DNA of 49,102 nt from Hormoscilla sp. (lineage in GTDB: Bacteria > Cyanobacteriota > Cyanobacteriia > Cyanobacteriales > Desertifilaceae). Both the position numbers and the translations under genes were made by a program. The stretch lies in assembly GCA_051439505.1 (NCBI GenBank), contig JBFRWI010000192.1, forward strand, positions 1 to 49,102. Direction: 5' to 3'. The notes beneath the pieces were generated by a model. That model did no database searches. It saw only the letters and a list, made by a program, of their open reading frames with translations, and was not told the DNA's origin. How positions within the stretch are numbered: the stretch's first letter is position 1; each line of letters starts with the position of its first letter. This document shows positions 30,427 to 39,598 of the stretch, one piece after another.

Positions 30427-30480
30427 GGGTGTGGTCAAAACCCGTCGATCGTTTATGGGCCCTCCCAGCTGCTGTCGGAT
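30427..30480. mobile_element. Solo end of the 44788-44941 MITE family
   Basis: GGGTGTGGTCAAAACCCGTCGATCGT matches the reverse complement of 44916-44941. Confidence 0.7.
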
Positions 30481-30877
30481 ACCCCTGTAGGGGATCCCGC
30501 TAAGGAGCGACTACAATGTTGCTGGTGGTACAGCCTTTCGAGAACAAAAACGCCAGAACTATTGCAAGAAAACAGTTTCAGGCATTTTGTTTGGGTGGTC
30601 GTCTTCTATCGACTCATCGAGCACGACAATCAGCATCGTGCATCACTGCATTACCTTCCCAGACTACTTGCTACTTGCTACAATTGTGCTACTGATGCTA
30701 TAATTTATAAAATGCTCTCAGGGTAAGGGTTTGACTGCTTTGACAGTAGAAGAACTCGATTCAGGGAGGCAGATCATCAACCCACTTCGGCGCACATCAG
30801 TGTCGGGTGTTGCGAATTTTGGGTCAAATGTCCGATGCCCTCCCCAGTTGCGCTCGTGAGTTAAATACGTTAAAAGG

Positions 30878-32119
30878 ATGAAATTTATGAATAAAAAACA
30901 GAAGATGATGGTGATTTTCTACATAATTTTAGGAATTATTATATCCGGGAATAGCTGCACTCAGATAGGCTTAGACGATCCGACGATAGGCATTATCAAC
31001 AAAGGAATTGAAGAACTAAGGCAACAACCAGGGCGATGGGAAGATAGCATCGGTAATCTAATTGAACAATTAGAAGCCTCTGGAAGCAACCTTTCCCAGC
31101 AAGTTGCTAAAGATATTCGAGAGACCTACAGCAGTATGCTGGGACAAACAGGCAATGAATTTTCTTGTCGGTCTGATTTTGTAGCGAAGCGATTACAACA
31201 AAAACTCCAATCTCTTCGCCATGAATTAGCTCCAGAGCGTTTTGATGCACCTGTCGTTTTTCCAGTAATTTGTACTACCAATCCGGCTGACTCAATTACA
31301 CCTAATACTCAATTAATCTCCTATTATGGATTGGATTTTCTGGAATTTATGGCTTCGGAACCCTTTCGAGCCTACCTACAATATGCAGATGGGGAAGTCG
31401 TAGAAAAAATTGGAGTTGCTGCTGCATCAACCAACTATCAACTCAATCTGGATATACAAAGCCCAAAAGTTAAAGAAATGATGCAGAAACTAGATCGAAA
31501 TAGGCAACCACAAATTGCAATAAAGTGGGGAGAAGAAATCAATAAGCAATCAATCTTACCAATTATCTTACCAGAAGCAAAACCTCCCAAGCAAGAGTAT
31601 AAAGTAGTCGGGAAAATTGGCCCATTTGGTGGACATTGGGGAAATTGGGGGAATCAGCAACAATGCCCAACAGATCAATGGGTATTAGGTGGTGAACTGA
31701 AAGTAGAAAAAAAACAGGGAAGTGGTGATGATACAGCACTTAATGGTATCTATCTCAGGTGTGGTACCCAGGAAGATCGAGTAAGAACTACGGAAATTGC
31801 CTCAGCCGCAGGGCGGTGGGGAAATAAATTTGAGTTAGGAAATTGTAAAACTGGATATGTCGTTGCAGCTCGTCTGAGGATTGAACCGAAGCAAGGCCGG
31901 GGCGATGATACAGGTGCTGTAGATGCACAGTTTTGGTGTGAAGATGGAACCTCTTTGCAAACAAACTATCGATTGGATTGGGGGGGATGGTCAAGCCGTA
32001 AAAGTTGTCCATCTCAGAGTGCTATTTGCGGTATCAAAACGCGAGTAGAACCTCCTCAAGGAGGAGGAGATGATACAGCCCTCAATGATGCTGAGTTCAT
32101 CTGTTGTTCTTTACCTTAA
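30878..32119 (+). CDS. Probable exported/lipoprotein with C-terminal vitelline membrane outer layer protein I (VOMI) beta-prism domain
   Basis: Basic + hydrophobic N-terminus ending GNSC; three repeats G.WG.W...C...E..QG.GDDT(A/G)(LN/AV)...C, ending GDDTALNDAEFICC. Confidence 0.85.
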   Translation: MKFMNKKQKMMVIFYIILGIIISGNSCTQIGLDDPTIGIINKGIEELRQQPGRWEDSIGNLIEQLEASGSNLSQQVAKDIRETYSSMLGQTGNEFSCRSDFVAKRLQQKLQSLRHELAPERFDAPVVFPVICTTNPADSITPNTQLISYYGLDFLEFMASEPFRAYLQYADGEVVEKIGVAAASTNYQLNLDIQSPKVKEMMQKLDRNRQPQIAIKWGEEINKQSILPIILPEAKPPKQEYKVVGKIGPFGGHWGNWGNQQQCPTDQWVLGGELKVEKKQGSGDDTALNGIYLRCGTQEDRVRTTEIASAAGRWGNKFELGNCKTGYVVAARLRIEPKQGRGDDTGAVDAQFWCEDGTSLQTNYRLDWGGWSSRKSCPSQSAICGIKTRVEPPQGGGDDTALNDAEFICCSLP

Positions 32120-32159
32120 TATTCTTCCAAAAAAATTAACAATTTTCAATTGACAATTC

Positions 32160-33833
32160 TCATTTTTCTGCCAGTCGGTCAAGTTTTTCCCGGGTGGCGA
32201 GGGTGGTGAAAGAACGCAGCAACAGCACGAACCAGAGTCCCGAGAAGATAAAGGCCGCGATCGCCCAGTTGCCATGCTGTACGGCTAGCAGTACGGCACC
32301 GGCTAAAAATGAGAATCCGGTCAAGCAGGCGTAAATGAGGCTTTTCAGGGCCAGGTAAATGCGCTTGAGGGCCCGATCGCTTTCGGGGGAACGCACCCGC
32401 ACTTGTAATTCACCCAGTTCGATCCGTTCTTCAAAGCGTCGGAGTAAAATTTCTGTGTTGCTGGGCTGTTGGAGTTTATACTTGACGAATTTGCGGGCCT
32501 GTCGGGCTATTTCCCCGATCGCGCCACCTTTAGAGACAGTTATACTGGTGACAAAAGGTTGAGCTAAGGCAGCAAAATTATATTCGGGATCGAGAGCGCG
32601 AGCAATACCGTCGAGAGTTGTTAAGGACTTCATCACGAACATCATCTCTGCTGGCAAGCGGAAGGGTTGCTGCTCGAACATGAGATATAATTCGTCTTTG
32701 ATTTCATTAAAAGTTTGGAAATCTATAGGTTTTTCAGTAAACTTATCTAAGAGGAAGGCGATCGTGCGTTTGACTGGGGTCATGTTACCAACCCGCTCAA
32801 TCAACTTCATCTTAATTAAAGTATCCAGTACCTCATCGGTGTCTTTTCTCAAGACTGCAAAAAATGACCTGACCATTTCATCTTTAGCCAGGGACTTGAC
32901 CTCGCACATCATCCCGAAGTCGTAGAAGATCAACTGGCAATCTTGACTCACTGCCAGATTTCCGGGATGGGGGTCCGCTTGAAAAAATCCATCTAGTAAT
33001 AATTGCTTCAGGTAACAGAAAACTCCCAACTGGTTAATTTTATTAGGATCTAAACCACAGGCTACTATCGCGGCGCGATCGTCGATTTTAATTCCCGGTA
33101 CATATTCCAGGGTTAAAACTTTGGTCGTAGAATATTCCCAGTATACCTGGGGAACGAGCACCTGAGTAACATCCCCAAAGTTCTGGCGAAAGCGTTCGGC
33201 ATTTTCTGCTTCTTTGTGGTAGTCTATTTCTTGATATAATATCTTAAAGAACTCGTGATAAAGATCGTCCAAGTCATACTTATTCATCCAAGTAAAAACC
33301 CGCTGAAAAAAGCGCATGACTTTATACACGGCTTTGACATCGATGTCAAATAACTTTTTCAAGCCCGGACGCTGGACCTTAACTACCACATATTCTCCCG
33401 TATGCAGCCGTGCTTTGTGAACCTGTCCCAGACTAGCAGCAGCTAGGGGAATTGGTTCAAAATCCCGATACAAGGCATAGATGGAACTCCTCAGTTCGGA
33501 TTCAACGATCGCGATCGCGGTTTCGGTGCTAAAGGCGGGCACCCGGTCCTGCAATTCCGCTAGGGCGTCTACATACTCAACGGGTAGCAAGTCAGCACGA
33601 GTAGAGAGTGATTGACCAATTTTAATAAAGGTCGGTCCTAAATCTAGCATTGTCTTGACTAACCAGCGGGCCCGACGCCTCCTGATAGTCTCCGAGTTAT
33701 TACCGACTTTTCCATCCCACCAGAGATAGAACATGAACTGCCCCGCTGCGGTAAATACGTCTATCTGACGTTCCAGGGTAGTATAGCGATCGCGTTGCCA
33801 ACGCAGACGTTTGGGCTTAGCTTTTACGAGCAT
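32160..33833 (-). CDS. AarF/ABC1/UbiB family kinase
   Basis: LGPTFIKIGQSLSTRADL, AAASLGQVHKA, VVKVQRPG, FFQADPHPGN, YDFGM. Confidence 0.95.
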   Translation of the reverse strand: MLVKAKPKRLRWQRDRYTTLERQIDVFTAAGQFMFYLWWDGKVGNNSETIRRRRARWLVKTMLDLGPTFIKIGQSLSTRADLLPVEYVDALAELQDRVPAFSTETAIAIVESELRSSIYALYRDFEPIPLAAASLGQVHKARLHTGEYVVVKVQRPGLKKLFDIDVKAVYKVMRFFQRVFTWMNKYDLDDLYHEFFKILYQEIDYHKEAENAERFRQNFGDVTQVLVPQVYWEYSTTKVLTLEYVPGIKIDDRAAIVACGLDPNKINQLGVFCYLKQLLLDGFFQADPHPGNLAVSQDCQLIFYDFGMMCEVKSLAKDEMVRSFFAVLRKDTDEVLDTLIKMKLIERVGNMTPVKRTIAFLLDKFTEKPIDFQTFNEIKDELYLMFEQQPFRLPAEMMFVMKSLTTLDGIARALDPEYNFAALAQPFVTSITVSKGGAIGEIARQARKFVKYKLQQPSNTEILLRRFEERIELGELQVRVRSPESDRALKRIYLALKSLIYACLTGFSFLAGAVLLAVQHGNWAIAAFIFSGLWFVLLLRSFTTLATREKLDRLAEK

Positions 33834-33858
33834 AATCTGGATAATTTATTTGTCACTA

Positions 33859-33990
33859 CGCTGTCAGCCCGCCGGGGGTTCAAACCCCCGGCTAATAGCT
33901 AAAGTCGGTTAAAACCGACTAAAAGCCTTCTGGAGTATTGTCATATCATAGCTTCAACTAATTGTAGCATTGTTTTGACAAAATGCTATA
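33859..33990. repeat. REP-like family A copy 3 with trailing palindrome
   Basis: CGCTGTCAGCCCGCCGGGGGTTCAAACCCCCGGCTAATAGCTAAAGTCGGTTAAAACCGACTA. Confidence 0.85.
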
Positions 33991-34186
33991 AGGTCCAATT
34001 GCTACAATCATAGTCAAACCTTGATGGGACCGGAGCTATCGGTTGCCTGCCGCTCCCCCCGATCGATATTTATATCATATTTTATCGCGCCTGTCAAGCA
34101 TAACCGGAAAAACTGGACAAAAAGCAGCAGATAAACACAAGATGTGCTATAATTATATTTACAATTGTAAGTTGTGGAGAAAGCAG

Positions 34187-34348
34187 GTGACAGTAACAGC
34201 ACCACCAACAACGAAAAGCCCGATCGCACTTCCCGAACAGCGGGTATTGTTCCATAACATTAGCTGGGAAGGGTATGAGAAAATATTATCAGGTCTGGGA
34301 GACGATCGGGCTGCCAGATTAACATACGATCGAGGGACTTTGGAGATT
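34187..34348 (+). pseudogene. N-terminal fragment of a Uma2 (DUF820) family endonuclease-like gene
   Basis: EQRVLFHNISWEGYEKIL...RLTYDRGTLEI, then similarity ends abruptly. Confidence 0.8.
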
Positions 34349-34471
34349 TATAGAGATTTATACTTAAGGACTGTTGGGTTTCGCTGGGGATCAACCCAAC
34401 CTACAAAGAGATCTTTTTTATTATGGTTAATCATCCGGATTTGATATCAACATTTTCTATATAAGGCTTGC

Positions 34472-34536
34472 AGTCGGTTTTAACCGACTTGAGCTATTAG
34501 CCGGGGGTTTGAACCCCCGGCGGGCTGACAGCGAAG
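34472..34536. repeat. REP-like family A copy 4 (inverted)
   Basis: Near-exact reverse complement of 33859-33921. Confidence 0.85.
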
Positions 34537-34552
34537 TAAGGGATTATTAAAA

Positions 34553-36217
34553 ATGACAAATGCTGGCATAATTGGCACGGTAAAAGGACCAGGTGAGAAT
34601 GGTAATCAATATGTTTTCATCACTACGAATAATCGGCAAGTTAAAATTGGCGAGTTCGTGTATTACTCGGTGTTTATTTTACAGAAGGAACGGCAAATTC
34701 TCGGTAAAATATCGGCATTGCGTCTGATCGACCACCTGCCAGACCGGATTTTTGCCGACCCACAAATTAGCCCCGAGGCGATCGCATCTTTGGTTGGTTT
34801 CACCCACGAGAACCCGGAACTTTATGAAGTTACGGTTGATGTGATTGGCTATTTTCACGAAGCTTTGGGTTTTGTTAATCCCCGACAAACGCCGGATCCG
34901 GGATCGAAAGTAACCCTTGCTAGTGATGAAAATCTGCGGCAAGTTCTCAACCGCAAAAGTATGGGCGATATAGGTAGCGCTCATATTGGTTCGGTATTGC
35001 TACGGGAAGGAGATGCGGTGCCCGTGGTGCTGGATGTGAAGGAATTGGTCAGTACCCATCTGGCAATTCTAGCAGGTACGGGTTCTGGAAAATCTTACAC
35101 GGCAGGGGTATTAATGGAGGAATTAATGTCCCCGCGCAACCGGGCGGCGGTGCTGATTTTTGACCCTCACGGAGAGTACGGTACTCTGGAAGAAATGCGC
35201 GGTCATCCTGGGTTTGTGGGGTCCGATGGTTATGCACCCAGAGTGAAAGTTATGATGCCCGATGACGTGCGCATCCGCATGTCTTCCCTGGATTATTATG
35301 ATATTTTGACTCTGTTGCCCACCATGAGCGATCGCCAGCAATCGATCCTGCACAAAGCCTATGGTATCCTGAATCTACACAAGAAATCGGAATACCGCTG
35401 GGACATCCAAGATTTGATTGCTGCTGTCCATGAGGCCGATCGGCAATTTGATGAGGAGGGTAATGAAAAAATGGGCTCTTCCGCACCGGCATTGGAGTGG
35501 AAGTTGGAAAAGTTGGAGCGATCGTCCCATTTCCATGCCTACGAACACCTGGCACCGAAGGACTTGTTTCAACCGGGACAAATCACGGTCTTGCAAATGA
35601 ATGAAATATCTCAGGAAGAACAGCAGGTAATTTGTGCGGCGATTTTGCGTCAGGGGTATCAAGCGCGGATGAATACTCAGAAAGAAAAAATTACTCCCGA
35701 ATCAGAGAATTATCTGCCCTTTCCCGTATTTATTCTCCTGGAAGAAGCTCATAGATTTGCCCCCGCCCACGACCCTTCCCGTTGTAAAGCTGTGCTGCGG
35801 ACTATTCTCAGCGAAGGTCGCAAATTTGGTTTGGGGGTTGGTCTGATTACTCAACGTCCTGGTAAATTAGATTCTGATGTCCTTTCTCAATGCATGAGTC
35901 AGTTCCTGATGCGCATAGTTAACCCTGTCGATCAGGAAAGTCTCAAGCATGGAGTGGAAGCTGCGGGACGGGATTTACTGAAAGAATTACCTTCCCTGAC
36001 TAAGGGGCAAGTGATCGTTTCTGGTGCTTGCGTTAACACTCCTGTCTTATGTCGGGTCCGCCAACGCCTTACCCGTCATGGGGGCCAGACTTTGGATGCC
36101 CCGGGTATGTGGCAGACTTATTTTCAAGACCATCAAATTCGCGATCGGGCGGCAGCAGAAGCACCTTTAGCCAGTCGGCAGCGTCCTCAGAAGTTTCGTG
36201 GCGTTAGCATTGAGTAA
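34553..36217 (+). CDS. HerA-like ATPase (HAS-barrel + DUF87)
   Basis: HLAILAGTGSGKS Walker A, IFDPHGEY, LLEEAHRFAP Walker B, EGRKFGLG, TQRP. Confidence 0.9.
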   Translation: MTNAGIIGTVKGPGENGNQYVFITTNNRQVKIGEFVYYSVFILQKERQILGKISALRLIDHLPDRIFADPQISPEAIASLVGFTHENPELYEVTVDVIGYFHEALGFVNPRQTPDPGSKVTLASDENLRQVLNRKSMGDIGSAHIGSVLLREGDAVPVVLDVKELVSTHLAILAGTGSGKSYTAGVLMEELMSPRNRAAVLIFDPHGEYGTLEEMRGHPGFVGSDGYAPRVKVMMPDDVRIRMSSLDYYDILTLLPTMSDRQQSILHKAYGILNLHKKSEYRWDIQDLIAAVHEADRQFDEEGNEKMGSSAPALEWKLEKLERSSHFHAYEHLAPKDLFQPGQITVLQMNEISQEEQQVICAAILRQGYQARMNTQKEKITPESENYLPFPVFILLEEAHRFAPAHDPSRCKAVLRTILSEGRKFGLGVGLITQRPGKLDSDVLSQCMSQFLMRIVNPVDQESLKHGVEAAGRDLLKELPSLTKGQVIVSGACVNTPVLCRVRQRLTRHGGQTLDAPGMWQTYFQDHQIRDRAAAEAPLASRQRPQKFRGVSIE

Positions 36218-36267
36218 AGCATTAGGGTTGAGGAGCGATCGCCCTTTGCGATCGCAAACCGTTCGGG

Positions 36268-36313
36268 GGGCGATCGCATTTTTGATATAGGCGATCGCAG
36301 CATCTTCTAGGAT
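36268..36313. repeat. 46-bp direct repeat (second copy 37402-37447)
   Basis: GGGCGATCGCATTTTTGATAT(A/C)GGCGATC(G/A)CAGCATCTTCTAGGAT, 2 mismatches. Confidence 0.85.
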
Positions 36314-36489
36314 ACTTGTCTTAAACGTCGCAAATGTTGCAAACGCTGTTCGCGAATATTTCGTTCCAACTGGTCGATAACCTCTTGCAACTCCAAACCT
36401 GCCAACTCCATTTCCTGACAAGCCCGATGGGCTTTAGCGATCGTCTGTTTCACCCTTTCTGGGTCAGGCATTTGTTGTATTTCGCTCAT
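36307..36489 (-). CDS. Small coiled-coil hypothetical protein
   Basis: MSEIQQMPDPERVKQ...; ATGA overlap with the stop of the upstream gene. Confidence 0.6.
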   Translation of the reverse strand: MSEIQQMPDPERVKQTIAKAHRACQEMELAGLELQEVIDQLERNIREQRLQHLRRLRQVS

Positions 36490-36830
36490 GGTAAATTCCA
36501 ATCAATTTTAATTTCTTCGATACTCCGTGCCAAGGCGGGTATCCGGTTAGCAATAGTATCAATCCTCTCATCCAACAATCTTAACAGATCCTGATTAGCG
36601 ACCGGCTGAGATTCGGCAATTCTAATCAGCAGAGTAGATAGTTGAGAAAAACGCGCTGTCGCTTGCGCTGTAATCTCGGTGAGTTGATCCAATGCTACGA
36701 TCGTCCTATCCGTTTCTCCAAAACGCTCCAATAAATTGTACTCTGCTGCCTTGGCTTCGTCTACAATCTCTAACAATCTTTGCGTCAATTTCCAAATTAT
36801 CGCCTGAATCTCCGGGGCTATTTTTGCCAT
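36486..36830 (-). CDS. Conserved cyanobacterial helical hypothetical protein
   Basis: MAKI...LLERFGETDRT...IAESQP...IPAL.RS..E.K.DWNLP pattern. Confidence 0.7.
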   Translation of the reverse strand: MAKIAPEIQAIIWKLTQRLLEIVDEAKAAEYNLLERFGETDRTIVALDQLTEITAQATARFSQLSTLLIRIAESQPVANQDLLRLLDERIDTIANRIPALARSIEEIKIDWNLP

Positions 36831-36997
36831 GCTTTTCGATTTTAGATATAGCTTTACTCATTATATATTAATTTTATCAGTCCGTCAAATACTCGGCTAG
36901 ATATATGAGCTTGCCTATCTGAGGGCGATCGACAGAATCTATGATATATTGAGAAAACAGGCATCGTGCAACTGAACAGTTTTTGGTATAGTTAATT

Positions 36998-37225
36998 ATG
37001 AACATCACCCTGCAACCCGAACAGGAAAAGTTTGTCCAGTCACAGCTCACAACAGGTAAGTATAAGACGGTAGATGACATCATAGCTGAAGCCCTGAGAT
37101 TGCTGGAAGCAAGAAATCATCAAACACAACTGCTAGCAGAAATACATCAGCGGCATTGGAAGCCTTCCCATACAGTGCCTGATAGCGTCACATTGCTAAG
37201 GAAAATGAGAGGGTACGATGATTAA
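36998..37225 (+). CDS. ParD-like ribbon-helix-helix antitoxin
   Basis: MNITLQPEQEKFVQSQLTTGKYKTVDDIIAEALRLLE. Confidence 0.8.
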   Translation: MNITLQPEQEKFVQSQLTTGKYKTVDDIIAEALRLLEARNHQTQLLAEIHQRHWKPSHTVPDSVTLLRKMRGYDD

Positions 37226-37550
37226 TATTCTTGATTTTGATGTGCGCTTTGGGGCGATCGCATTTTTTTATCGGCGATCGCCTGTGGGGATGGGTGCGTG
37301 AGGGACCAGAAACCGGGTTTCTTTGTCAAATATCGGTTATGCTGCCAATATTGTCGTAGAAACCCGGTTTCTTGGGTGGGCGTGAGCGCCTATCGGACAA
37401 TGGGCGATCGCATTTTTGATATCGGCGATCACAGCATCTTCTAGGATCCCTGAACCATGCTATACTGTTTATATCAGAATCGTACTATCGGTAGCGGATG
37501 GTGGGCGCGGCCCCCCCTACTGGAATTAAAAATTTGCTAGGGTTAAAAAA

Positions 37551-38291
37551 ATGAGTAATAAATTGAAGAGTAAAGTATCGCAGATCCTCTACCATCTGAA
37601 AACCCGTCCCCTATTAGCATATCGTCAAGTTCGGCAACCCCAGGTGGTGAAAATCGCAGGGATCAAAATTCCCATCAGCGATCGCATATCTGGATCGCCA
37701 TTAAAATACCTCTACATGGGTAGCTACGAAAACCACGAACTGAAGCTGGTTAAATCGCAGTTGCAAAAGGATGATATTGTCATGGAACTGGGTACGGGCC
37801 TGGGCTTAATTTCTAGCTATTGCGCTAAAAAAATTGGATCCGATCGCGTTTTTACTTATGAAGCGAACCCGGCATTAGAACCAGATATTCGTCACGCCTA
37901 TACTCTCAACAAGGTCGATCCCACGTTAGAGATTTGCTTGCTGGGAGAACAACCCGGAGAACAAACATTTTATGTAGGAAATGAATTTTGGTCTTCTTCT
38001 ATTATTAAAAGAGATGCAGATTTTCAGGGGATTAAAGTCCCGGTCAAGTCCTTTAATCAAGAGGTGCAGAAAATTAACCCTACTTTTATAATTATTGATA
38101 TAGAAGGCGGAGAATATGGATTGTTAAAATCTGCCGATTTTCATAATGTGCGGAAGCTGATTATTGAGCTGCACGAGAGAGTCATAGGGAAGGAGAAAAT
38201 TAAATTTGTGAAGTCGAAATTGAAGGCAGCAGGGTTCCAGGTAGTGAAAAAGATATCCTATAAGGAAGAGCTGTTTTGCCAGCGAAGCTAA
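37551..38291 (+). CDS. FkbM family methyltransferase
   Basis: VMELGTGLG, YEANP, IDIEGGE, IIELH. Confidence 0.88.
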   Translation: MSNKLKSKVSQILYHLKTRPLLAYRQVRQPQVVKIAGIKIPISDRISGSPLKYLYMGSYENHELKLVKSQLQKDDIVMELGTGLGLISSYCAKKIGSDRVFTYEANPALEPDIRHAYTLNKVDPTLEICLLGEQPGEQTFYVGNEFWSSSIIKRDADFQGIKVPVKSFNQEVQKINPTFIIIDIEGGEYGLLKSADFHNVRKLIIELHERVIGKEKIKFVKSKLKAAGFQVVKKISYKEELFCQRS

Positions 38292-38409
38292 CTCGTTCGT
38301 AGTAAGCGCTTTAGCGCTGGCCCGGTTAATTTACAACCTCCCGATCGCCTCATCAAAATGGGGTAATTCTCAATTTACGATTCTCGATTTTCAATTTACA
38401 ATTCTCAAT

Positions 38410-38600
38410 TTACTGCGAACTATATTTTAGTTGTTCGTAGCTTCTAAACTGAAACTGGGGTGGATCGTTGAAATTAGCACCGTGCAGCAGATGCATGCGA
38501 ATGGCAAGCAGTTCTTCTCCCGTACCATGCACGACATCTACTGCCCGATGGGGATTATATTAGGTCTTTTTACTGGTGCTGCTTGCTTGGGTAATCTCAT
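38410..38600 (-). pseudogene. patB: Second PatB/AcyB-like gene with a frameshift (not in the ORF track)
   Basis: MRLPKQAAPVKRPNII / PHRAVDVVHGTGEELLAIRMHLLHGANFNDPPQFQFRSYEQLKYSSQ*; 4 nt missing relative to the intact copy near 38553. Confidence 0.85.
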
Positions 38601-38615
38601 AGTTAGTTTCAGGTA

Positions 38616-39497
38616 TTAATCAACTGTGGACCAAGAACGCACTTCACCCAAGGTCACCGGAATGCTGTCACTCACATCAATGGTAAATCGAAATACTTTC
38701 TTGGCCCGCCGGTCATTTTCCGGATCGAAAAACTTGAGCTTTACATCCCAACAATCACTATCAAAGCGACAGAAATTACTTTTCTCGACATTGATGCTGT
38801 CCAGTTCCATCCCGCTAGCAATAGCTTCGGCAAAAGTTGACGCTGCTTGAAAGGCATTCGTCGCGGCAAAGTTTAACGCCCGATCGCCCGAATTCTGCCC
38901 CAAGTTCCGCAAATCGTAATATACTCGATTCAAAAAGCTAGTTAGAGACCTGCGCATCCCCCGATCGTCTGTGGTTCCCGCTTCCCCTTGCACCACTGCT
39001 AAGGCCGCATTTACTAAACTATTCACCTTCCATCCATACATGCCCCGAGTATTATCCGGCTCAATTACTGGCAACGGCTGTCCGGAAAATAACTTTACCG
39101 TTCTGCCTGTCAACCGCCCCGGGATACTGACTCTTTCAATATAATCTTCGCTATCTTCCGCTTCCATCTGTCCCGCTAGCATTTGCTGCAAAGTTTCATA
39201 GATATCCGCCGCAAAGGGGCCTCTAGGCGCGATCGCATAAATAGGAGTCAATTCCAGGTTCAAAGTCCAAATCAAGGACTTAGCTTCCGAGATATTTTCT
39301 GCCAGATAATCTACCATCTGGCGGGCATCGTAGGGGTTAGCTGGTACCGCAGTTCCATCTATTTCTACCCCGGGCATCAATTGCTTAAAAGAGTCCCGCC
39401 TGGCCTCCGTACCAAAATCATATCCCAATGTCCCCAAGGCATAGACCTTATCTCCTGCTTGACTGGGACTAATGTAACTCGAAGAATTATTAGACAT
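38616..39497 (-). CDS. Stand-alone PatA/PatG C-terminal DUF protein (no protease domain)
   Basis: VYALGTLGYDFGTEARRDSFKQLM, LIWTLNLELTPIYAI, RVYYDLRNLG, RALNFAATNAFQ, SDCWDVKLKFFDPEN, FTIDVSD..PVTLG. Confidence 0.9.
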   Translation of the reverse strand: MSNNSSSYISPSQAGDKVYALGTLGYDFGTEARRDSFKQLMPGVEIDGTAVPANPYDARQMVDYLAENISEAKSLIWTLNLELTPIYAIAPRGPFAADIYETLQQMLAGQMEAEDSEDYIERVSIPGRLTGRTVKLFSGQPLPVIEPDNTRGMYGWKVNSLVNAALAVVQGEAGTTDDRGMRRSLTSFLNRVYYDLRNLGQNSGDRALNFAATNAFQAASTFAEAIASGMELDSINVEKSNFCRFDSDCWDVKLKFFDPENDRRAKKVFRFTIDVSDSIPVTLGEVRSWSTVD

Positions 39498-39529
39498 AAC
39501 AGAAGTATGTTGATATAGGATCCCATCTC

Positions 39530-39580
39530 AGCCCGCGCAGGCGGGCTTTGTGCTTGTAGCCCCACCCTTGAGGGTGGGGG
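39530..39580. repeat. REP-like double hairpin between patC and the DUF gene
   Basis: GCCCGCGCAGGCGGGC and CCCCACCCTTGAGGGTGGGG. Confidence 0.65.
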
Positions 39581-39598
39581 CGATGATCTCCAGGGCAC

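Noticed and set aside
30520..30600. Possible IS1 InsA remnant (KRQNYCK...FRHFV)
   Set aside because: Similarity is too short and requires frameshifts; it cannot be supported by eye.
30065..30726. ORFs of 68-152 aa over the tandem repeat
   Set aside because: These are translations of the repeat array with no protein-like features.
29870..32160. Classical tRNA-integrated island with attR
   Set aside because: No integrase and no duplicate of the tRNA 3' end were seen in the window.
34043..34444. Intact 133-aa Uma2 protein
   Set aside because: Only 34187-34348 is Uma2-like; the catalytic PD-(D/E)XK region is absent and the rest is intergenic or REP sequence.
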